DNA of 7,016 nucleotides from Candidatus Heimdallarchaeota archaeon B3_Heim (GTDB lineage Archaea; Asgardarchaeota; Heimdallarchaeia; Hodarchaeales; Hodarchaeaceae), in NCBI GenBank assembly GCA_003144275.1, contig NJBF01000087.1, positions 1-7,016 on the forward strand, read 5' to 3'. A program made the translations under genes and the position numbers. A model generated the notes under the pieces. It was not told the origin of the DNA. It was given only the letters and a program-made list of their open reading frames with translations, and did not search any database. This document shows positions 1 through 6,225 of the stretch, one piece after another; position 1 is the first letter of the stretch; the number at the start of each line of letters is the position of its first letter.

Positions 1-340
1 CTTCTATTCTAGTTGTCGGATTCATGAGAGGAACGTGCCCTTAGTACGAGAGGAACAGGGTATGGGCGCCTCTAGTGTACGGGTTATCCGGAAGGGTACT
101 GCCCGGCAGCCACGCGCTAACCGATAAATGCTGAATGCTTTCATTAAAAGAAAGCACGAAACGGACCTCGAAAAGACGAATCCATTTTATCATCGACGTT
201 ATGTCATAGGGGCTGATGTCGGTGACCATGAGTGGGTAAACGAGTGCTGGGATAGAATATTCCGTTGATAGAGGAGCAGTGTACGCATGGAGGTTTTTCG
301 ACATGTTTAGTGGTTCTAACAAACTGCCACTCCTCGCACA
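1..340 (+). rRNA. rrl: 23S (LSU) rRNA, 3' portion (domain VI, H94-H101), truncated by the window start; 3' end approximate
   Basis: Sarcin-ricin loop AGTACGAGAGGAAC at 43-56 (archaeal/eukaryotic GAAC form). H94 pairing GGATTC 18-23 / GAATCC 178-183. H96-like CTAGTGTACGGGTT...TGCCCGGCAGC, H97 GATAAATGCTGAA...AGCACGAAAC, H100 TGGGA-TAGAATA-TTCCG 248-264, GTTGATAG and GTGTAC...GTTTAG of H101. The likely H99 pair GTGC 244-247 / GCAC 336-339 sets the approximate end. Confidence 0.95.
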
Positions 341-430
341 GGGGCTAGTTCTTGGGAGAAAAGTGAAAATTATCTGTCCTCTCGTTTTTTTAGAAAAGAA
401 GCCTTAAGAAGTCCAAATGAGTGTGTGTTG
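328..430 (+). repeat. Repeat copy C1 (~105-nt direct repeat) overlapping the 23S 3' end and trailer
   Basis: Blocks TCGCACA-g-GGGCTA (334-347), TCCTCTCG, CCTTAAGAAGTC (402-413) and GAGTGTGTGTTG. The head is 19/20 and the tail 28/30 identical to C3. Confidence 0.93.
385..391 (+). terminator. Possible oligo-T terminator of the rRNA transcript (inside C1)
   Basis: T7 tract about 45 nt after the inferred 23S end; archaeal intrinsic termination uses oligo-T. Function is inferred only. Confidence 0.3.
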
Positions 431-706
431 TTTTCTTGAGAAACTTCTGCTCTTATGTCGGGTGATATTGTCTCTAAAGTTCATCGCGATTGGTCTTTAG
501 CCATGAATTATATTAATAAAAATATCGAAAAAAGCTGTAGTAAAGTTACCCCCTATGTTCTACCTACTTGTAAGACTAATGGGAAGATGTTTAGGCGATT
601 CTCCATCATAAAGATGATACGGGGAGGAAGAATGTCTCAATAGGTTTTAAGAGAAAAAAGAAAAAGCTAGCGGTAAAATTTTACTTAGTGCTTCATTTAT
701 GACTGT

Positions 707-2677
707 TCAACTACCTCCGAAAAGAGCTTTTCGAAAAAAAGCTACTTCTTTAGTAAGTGAATCAATATTGCTCTCTTTTTTCCGAAACCCATGACCCTCA
801 CCCTCATATTCCACGTATTCATATAAAATTCCTTTTCTCTTCAGTACGTTTACCATTTCTCGAGAAATTTCGGGGGTGACAACTTTATCTTCTTTTCCTT
901 GAAATAAGATCATTGGTGATTTCAACTTATCTAAATGATTGATCGGAGAACGTTCTTTGTAAATTTCTTCCCCTTCAATCGAATCTAATGATGCTCCCAT
1001 AAGCCAATCAATGTAACGTGATTCAAATTTGTGAGTTAATTTTGTTAAAGTAACTAGGTTTCCTATACCAAAATAACTAGCCCCCACTTGAAACGTATCG
1101 GGAAATAAGGTCAAAGCACGTTGCACAGCATATCCACCTGCACTTCCACCCGTAATGGCGACTTTAGGTGCAACTAGATCCTGTTTTACCAAATAATCAA
1201 CAGCATCTTTCACATCTTGAGCATCTATTACACCCCATTGAGTCTTTAATGAATCTCGGTATCGTCTCCCAAATGAGGTACTCCCACTATAATCAACATC
1301 AAAAAGGGCATACCCTTGATTCGTCCTAAACTGTTTTGATAATAGATACTGGCAATTAGTTCTTCCAGTAGGTCCCCCGTGAACCATCACAATCAGGGGG
1401 GGTCGTTCTCCTTCAGGAACACGATAATTCTTGTTCTTAGGTAAATATAATTTGCCATAAGCTTTTCTACCATCTGAGGTAGGATATTCTATCTGTTGTG
1501 GGATAGAAATGTCTTGTTCAGTCATTGGATTTGAAAAACTTGTTTTAATAACCTCATACTCCATGGTTTGGAGATCAAGCACAACTAAAGCAGCGGGTTT
1601 TTGAAAACTATGTCCTATAAAAACTATTTCATGTTCAGAATAAGTTTGGAGGGAGATGTGGTCATCAAAGGGAGAATTGAGTGATTCTAACACGTTCGTT
1701 ATGGGGTCGATTAAAGCAAGAAATCCTTTTCCTTCTTTGTCGTAATTTGCGACAATTCGACCGCTAGGTAAGAAATCCCAACTAATAAATCGAAACACCC
1801 ACATAGGAAGACCAAATTCTACATTCTCTTGTGTGATTGCTCGAATTTCATCATTCTCATATTGATAAAAATTCCACCAGTTTCTTGGACTATCTTCAGG
1901 TTGATCCTCTTCATCTAAGACAAAATAGAGTCGTCCTTGTTTATCAAATCGGATACTACCAATAGATATCCCTTTTCCTCCCGCAATGATCTTTTCTGAC
2001 CCTGTTACGACGTTTCCATTCTCAAAGTTGGCCATTACTAACTCTGTGGAATTCCATGGCATATTAGGATGATTATACTGCAGCCAAGCAAGCTGATGGC
2101 CCTCCGTTGAGATGATTGGGTCAAAATAGAAGTCTTTTCCTTCCACAATTATCGTTGGTTCCTGAATTGAGTTTTTGGTAATATCAATGACTGCGATATA
2201 ATTCTCATTTTCTTTGTCAGCAAATTCCTTTTCATATACAAAAATTAGTGTTTTACCATCTGGTGTTAAGAGTGGAGCAGCATACTTACCCAATGATCCA
2301 TCTATATTTTTTTCCGGCGTTAATGGAATAGGGGCCTCATCTGCTATGATTTTTTTTCTATAAAGTCGTTGGTCCACAAAATTTACATAGTAGATATACT
2401 CTTCATCTACTTCCCAACAAAAACCCCCATATTCATGAACCCGACTTCGAACATTTACCTCTTCAGGCAAGATATCAAAAATTCTTCCCTCTTTACTCCG
2501 ACAAACAATAGCTATCCTACCATTCTCAGCAGGACGGAGTTCAGACCAGTAAATATTATTGTTAACTATCTTAACGTTATAAAAAGAGATAGTTTCCTCG
2601 AAAACCTGTTCAGGAGTAATATTAGAAACCCATTTGTGATAGGGTGTATTGTTTTGGAGTTTTTCCATTCCTAACAC
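707..2677 (-). CDS. S9 (prolyl oligopeptidase family) peptidase, acylaminoacyl/dipeptidyl aminopeptidase-like; the true start may be ATG 2668
   Basis: N-terminal propeller-like region with S9-type motifs (RSRVHEYGG, AWLQYNHPNMPW) and HGGPT. Catalytic triad motifs GGSAGG (Ser), QGKEDKVV (Asp) and EGEGHGF (His) are intact. An AGGTG SD-like motif precedes ATG 2668. Confidence 0.95.
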   Translation of the reverse strand: MLGMEKLQNNTPYHKWVSNITPEQVFEETISFYNVKIVNNNIYWSELRPAENGRIAIVCRSKEGRIFDILPEEVNVRSRVHEYGGFCWEVDEEYIYYVNFVDQRLYRKKIIADEAPIPLTPEKNIDGSLGKYAAPLLTPDGKTLIFVYEKEFADKENENYIAVIDITKNSIQEPTIIVEGKDFYFDPIISTEGHQLAWLQYNHPNMPWNSTELVMANFENGNVVTGSEKIIAGGKGISIGSIRFDKQGRLYFVLDEEDQPEDSPRNWWNFYQYENDEIRAITQENVEFGLPMWVFRFISWDFLPSGRIVANYDKEGKGFLALIDPITNVLESLNSPFDDHISLQTYSEHEIVFIGHSFQKPAALVVLDLQTMEYEVIKTSFSNPMTEQDISIPQQIEYPTSDGRKAYGKLYLPKNKNYRVPEGERPPLIVMVHGGPTGRTNCQYLLSKQFRTNQGYALFDVDYSGSTSFGRRYRDSLKTQWGVIDAQDVKDAVDYLVKQDLVAPKVAITGGSAGGYAVQRALTLFPDTFQVGASYFGIGNLVTLTKLTHKFESRYIDWLMGASLDSIEGEEIYKERSPINHLDKLKSPMILFQGKEDKVVTPEISREMVNVLKRKGILYEYVEYEGEGHGFRKKESNIDSLTKEVAFFRKALFGGS

Positions 2678-2768
2678 CTATTTATGATGAAACTAGTGTA
2701 AATTCACCATAGCCGTGCTTGTTAATAAAAGCTAATCCTTCTCGATATTTTCTATAAACACACTTTCC

Positions 2769-2947
2769 AAACGAGTGCTGGGATCTTTCTTAAAAGAAAT
2801 ACGAGTGGAGGTTTTCCGACTTGTGTAGTGTTTAGTACACACTACCACTCATCGCACAAGGGCTACTATTCTAATAATAGTGTGGAAATTAGCAATCCTC
2901 TCGTTTTTTCTTAGAAAAACGCCTTAAGGAGTCAAATAGAGTGCGTT
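2769..2947 (+). repeat. Repeat copy C2, extended at its 5' side with 23S-derived sequence (core 2846-2947)
   Basis: 2769-2784 is identical to 238-253 (16/16). 2806-2865 vs 288-347 is 49/60 ungapped. TCGCACA-a-GGGCTA at 2852-2865; CCTTAAGGAGTC at 2922-2933. Confidence 0.93.
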
Positions 2948-3057
2948 ACTGAGTTTTATGGTACGTTTGGTGGTCACACTTTTGTCGTATATTCTCAGGA
3001 TGCTTTATACAGTCTTCGTCTTGGGATAACCTTCGATTAATCAAAATAAAAAATTAA

Positions 3058-3549
3058 TCATTCTTCTGATAAATTTGGCGCTAAAATAGTCATCAACTCT
3101 CTGGGGTTTTGACCTGGTACCCACTGGCTTTTGGCTTGGGCTACTCTCTGCCTTTTATATTCCCAATATTTCGTGGAATTCTCGTCCTCCTCATCAGGAA
3201 CATCCTTGTTGTCTTTTTGAGCTTCAATTAATGATAAATTTCTGGTAATTTGGGTTTCTAAGTGGATTAAATACCCCTGAAGACGTTCGGAAATCGTTGG
3301 ATCGGATTCAAAATGACCAAGAATTTTCTCTAATACTTCCTGCCGATGGTCTTTCATAAATTGCCATAGAAGCTGAGATAATGGATTGATTTCGAAATAA
3401 AAGGTTTTTAATGCCATCATTACCTTATTTAAACTTGAAGCATCCAGTTTTGTAATACCTGGAGTTGTTTCGACAAGAACTGAGTCTTTAGTATCACTTA
3501 CTTCAATGATAATATGTTCTGTTAATTTCATCAATGAAACCTCACTCAT
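3058..3549 (-). CDS. Hypothetical protein (163 aa)
   Basis: Clean ORF with protein-like composition filling the space between C2 and C3; no recognised motif. Confidence 0.75.
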   Translation of the reverse strand: MSEVSLMKLTEHIIIEVSDTKDSVLVETTPGITKLDASSLNKVMMALKTFYFEINPLSQLLWQFMKDHRQEVLEKILGHFESDPTISERLQGYLIHLETQITRNLSLIEAQKDNKDVPDEEDENSTKYWEYKRQRVAQAKSQWVPGQNPRELMTILAPNLSEE

Positions 3550-3737
3550 CTAGATCCTAGAGATCAGAACAGCAACAATTCTTTAAAATTTTCTAAGCTC
3601 AGTAAGAACTAGAGGGGAATCACGAAAAAATATCCATTCACATCCATAGGGCCTCCTGACAAGAGATGATACAGCAAGGTTAGATTTTGGAGCCATTGTA
3701 AGATTTAGATGATATGATTGTTATTTTTTAGGCCTCT

Positions 3738-3841
3738 CACTCCTCGCACATGGGCTATTATTCTCAGAATAATATGGAAAGTGCCAGTCCTCTTGTTTTT
3801 TTTGAGAAAAAGCCTTCAGGAGTCCAAATGAGTGTGTGTTG
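3738..3841 (+). repeat. Repeat copy C3
   Basis: TCGCACA-t-GGGCTA at 3744-3757; dyad TATTATTCT-C-AGAATAATA at 3756-3774; CCTTCAGGAGTC at 3813-3824; tail GTCCAAATGAGTGTGTGTTG identical to C1. Confidence 0.93.
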
Positions 3842-3912
3842 CGTCTTTCTGATCTAAAGCCTTCTTCGAAGTTTCTCCTTGAGAGAGCCTTTAATTCTTA
3901 TTAGTCGTTTTA

Positions 3913-4428
3913 TTATTTGTCACTTGATATCACTTGTTTAGCTAATATCCGTAATATTTCCTCAATTTGCGTATTGTCTGTGATTTCGGTTTCAAAGTAG
4001 TGAGAATTTAATTTCTTTGCTAGCTGTTTTCCTTCTTCTGTCGTAATTGCCTCTGTCTCTGCTTTAATACCCACCACCGCAATAGGAATTGGACTAGATA
4101 TAACTTTCTTAAACTCTTTGTGGAATGTAGTGACCTTAGTGAATGCCTTCCGATCATTTTTCTCAAACAAGATTATTCCTGCTACTGACCCCCGATAATA
4201 AGAGGAGCGCTGTTTACCGAAGAATTCCTCTCCTGCAATTATTACCAAAATGAGCGTTACTTGATTATTGTCGACATCTATTTTCTTGGTAGGGATATCT
4301 ACTCCGTGTGTCGGTAAATAGTCTGTATCGAATACATTGTCTGCAGTCAATCTACCAAATTTCAAATTTATTTTCGTATTATTGCCAAAAATACTAATTT
4401 TCAATAAATATTCATTCTTATTTGTCAT
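3913..4428 (-). CDS. Rab/Ras-like small GTPase-fold protein with degenerate G motifs (probable pseudo-GTPase)
   Basis: Retains Rab-like YLPTHGVD (G2), SYYRGS, IILFE, PIAVVG, EEGKQLAKKL and YFET. G1 lacks GK[ST], G3 DxxG reads IIAG and G4 NKxD reads IKAE. Confidence 0.88.
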   Translation of the reverse strand: MTNKNEYLLKISIFGNNTKINLKFGRLTADNVFDTDYLPTHGVDIPTKKIDVDNNQVTLILVIIAGEEFFGKQRSSYYRGSVAGIILFEKNDRKAFTKVTTFHKEFKKVISSPIPIAVVGIKAETEAITTEEGKQLAKKLNSHYFETEITDNTQIEEILRILAKQVISSDK

Positions 4429-4521
4429 GTCCAGCTCTCGTTCACGGAGTCTATTTGTACTGGTTGAGAAAAGATAAAGGATTATCTAGAGAAATTCTCC
4501 GGATATTTCATAGCTATCTGT

Positions 4522-4626
4522 TACTAATCGCACACGGGCTACTATTGTTAGAACAGTGTGGAAATGGGCAGTTCTCTCGTTTACTTCGAAGTAATAACCT
4601 TCAGGAGTCAAAGAGAGGGCGTGTTG
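4522..4626 (+). repeat. Repeat copy C4
   Basis: TCGCACA-c-GGGCTA at 4528-4541; perfect 14-bp palindrome TTACTTCGAAGTAA at 4581-4594; CCTTCAGGAGTC at 4598-4609. Confidence 0.9.
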
Positions 4627-4639
4627 TCGAATTTTCTTT

Positions 4640-4807
4640 TTATTGTTTTTTATTCTCTAATTCTTTTATTTTAATTGAAGCCTCGTGAGCGTCTTTTATT
4701 TTCTCTAATTTCTTGAGGAGTTGTTCCTTTTTTCCCCAGATATCCCTTCTATTTGGCTGAATTTCAAGAATTCTCTTAAGCAAGTAAGGATGCATAGTGG
4801 TGGTCAT
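4640..4807 (-). CDS. Small hypothetical protein (55 aa), not in the ORF track
   Basis: Hand translation: MTTTMHPYLLKRILEIQPNRRDIWGKKEQLLKKLEKIKDAHEASIKIKELENKKQ*. The C-terminal half has a coiled-coil-like heptad pattern. The stop lies 13 nt from C4, matching the gene-then-repeat pattern. Confidence 0.6.
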   Translation of the reverse strand: MTTTMHPYLLKRILEIQPNRRDIWGKKEQLLKKLEKIKDAHEASIKIKELENKKQ

Positions 4808-4930
4808 CGGAGGTCAATTATTCAAAAACTTAACGTGTCAAACGAACACCCACTCGAAAGCGATAAGCATAAGAATCCCAATATCCATTGATGATGCTCG
4901 TTCACTAGATAATATTAATCAAAATACAAA

Positions 4931-5545
4931 GTGATAAAAATGAAAATTAAACATAATACCCGTTTGGTTGTTCTTATCGGGGCACTTATTGGAATAACCG
5001 CTCTCTCTATGTTGATTATCGGTTTTGGTCAACATGTGAATGCCTCTACACTCGAAACTCAATATCCTAGCTTCACTTCAATCTCAATGAATCTATTTTA
5101 TGAGGGTGTCGATGGTGAATCAATAATAGCTGGTCGTGAAAATTCAATAACTGTACTTGGCTATTCCCATAGTATCAGTAATCCGTACGACCGACTTACG
5201 GGAGACCTTACTGGTAAACAGCATTCTCCCCTTAGGATAATGAAATTAATTGACAAATCGACTCCAAAACTATATGAAAAATGTGTCAAAGGGAATATTG
5301 CTCCCTCGGTCATCCTACGTTTTTATTTCGAACCTACTGGGTTGAATTTTTATACTATTGAGCTCATCAATGTAAAGATCACTTCTGTTCAAGGATATGG
5401 AACCATAAGTGTCAACGAAATCCCTAGAGAAACCGTTTCTTTCACCTATACAACCATAAAATGGACTTACACTGAATATGCTGCGGATGGAACAGCCAAG
5501 GGTAATATTGAAGCTCAAGATGATTGGATCGACGCACCTAACTGA
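4931..5545 (+). CDS. hcp: Hcp/TssD family (type VI secretion tube) protein with an N-terminal signal peptide or TM segment; the true start may be ATG 4940
   Basis: Hcp motifs in order: GVDGES, ITVLGYSHSI, GKQHSPLRIMKLIDKSTPKLY..CVKG, FYTIEL.NVKITSV and ETVSFTY..IKWTY. N-terminus is basic MKIKHNTR, then about 20 hydrophobic residues, then VNA|S. A GTGAT SD-like motif precedes ATG 4940. Confidence 0.92.
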   Translation: MIKMKIKHNTRLVVLIGALIGITALSMLIIGFGQHVNASTLETQYPSFTSISMNLFYEGVDGESIIAGRENSITVLGYSHSISNPYDRLTGDLTGKQHSPLRIMKLIDKSTPKLYEKCVKGNIAPSVILRFYFEPTGLNFYTIELINVKITSVQGYGTISVNEIPRETVSFTYTTIKWTYTEYAADGTAKGNIEAQDDWIDAPN

Positions 5546-5556
5546 CGTGAAGCAGT

Positions 5557-6222
5557 ATGAAACCAAAGAATGTGTCATTAGTATTTCTATTAGTACTACT
5601 ATCATTTGGTTCATTTTCCTTCCTTACTCTTACTGGTGCGATTCTTCTCGATACTGATGTCTCAATTTCAAAAGTAACTCAAAACGGATCGAGTTTCTGG
5701 ATTACTCTTGATTACGATTTTTCTGTTGCCCCAGCTAGAGAAGAAACGGAATCATTGGTGGTTCTTATCTTACTTACGCTCCCGTTAGGTGATACAAATC
5801 AGTATGTTGGATCATTGTTATTTTTCCGTACCACTACTGGAAATAATTTACTGTTCTGGATGCTTGGTGACCCATACGCCAGCGTTGGCTTATGGCAATC
5901 GGGAAGTGAAGATGAGCATTTTCAAGTGGCTTATAACCAGCTTTCTTTGATATTCATTGAGTGCCCAGATATGGACGATCCCGATCTGAGTATTATTTCT
6001 CTGGCGAAGCTATTAGAGATTGGCACTATCGACCAAATTACTGTTGATTTTCAGCCAATCCTGAATACGTTTCTACCTGACTTACAATCCATAGAAGTAA
6101 TTCACCTGGATAGTACTTCAACAACCACAACAAAAGCCAAAGGATTTCCAGGTTTTCTTCTTCCCGTAAATCTGGGAATCTTGATTCTCATCGGGTTAAA
6201 ACACAGGAAGAAGACCCCTTAA
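5557..6222 (+). CDS. Secreted surface protein with a PGF-CTERM-like (archaeosortase-type) C-terminal sorting signal
   Basis: Signal peptide MKPK + hydrophobic stretch + LTGA|. C-terminus has the STSTTTT linker, PGF, a hydrophobic helix and the basic tail KHRKK. It starts 11 nt after the hcp stop. Confidence 0.85.
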   Translation: MKPKNVSLVFLLVLLSFGSFSFLTLTGAILLDTDVSISKVTQNGSSFWITLDYDFSVAPAREETESLVVLILLTLPLGDTNQYVGSLLFFRTTTGNNLLFWMLGDPYASVGLWQSGSEDEHFQVAYNQLSLIFIECPDMDDPDLSIISLAKLLEIGTIDQITVDFQPILNTFLPDLQSIEVIHLDSTSTTTTKAKGFPGFLLPVNLGILILIGLKHRKKTP

Positions 6223-6225
6223 ATC

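Noticed and set aside
41-322. 93-aa minus-strand ORF
   Set aside because: Antisense shadow of the 23S rRNA.
455-643. 62-aa plus-strand ORF after the rRNA
   Set aside because: No recognisable motif or clear RBS and it overlaps AT-rich intergenic-looking sequence; not supportable, though not excluded.
1321-1335. Peptidase QFRTNQG where the family usually has QFWT (AGG vs TGG)
   Set aside because: A single non-catalytic substitution with the triad intact; cannot be told from a polymorphism or base error.
2369-2674. 101-aa plus-strand ORF
   Set aside because: Antisense shadow of the peptidase.
3653-3665. CTCCTGACAAGAG resembling an inverted, internally deleted piece of C3
   Set aside because: Needs a 20-nt gap to join a 7-nt and a 6-nt match; not significant.
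3812-3842. Minus-strand resemblance of C3 (GCAACAC...ACTCATTT...GAAG) to archaeal 5S rRNA loop B/C
   Set aside because: Helix III pairing and the CCGAAC/CGAA loop-C motif are missing, the similarity fades in C2 and C4, and the orientation is opposite to the 23S.
328-4626. Repeats as a CRISPR array
   Set aside because: Units are ~105 nt, variable, and separated by 0.7-2.4 kb of genes; no cas genes are present.
328-4626. Repeats as canonical integron attC sites
   Set aside because: All copies end near a GTT, but matched RYYYAAC/GTTRRRY boxes and a single long hairpin are absent, the fold is branched, and there is no intI in the window. Only the architecture is analogous.
4422-4688. 88-aa plus-strand ORF
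   Set aside because: Runs through repeat C4 and is antisense to the more plausible 55-aa ORF.
3036-4926. 13-mer ATTAATCAAAATA shared at 3036-3048 and 4914-4926
   Set aside because: Very AT-rich and in different contexts; compatible with chance.
5315-5614. 99-aa minus-strand ORF
   Set aside because: Antisense shadow of hcp and the next gene.
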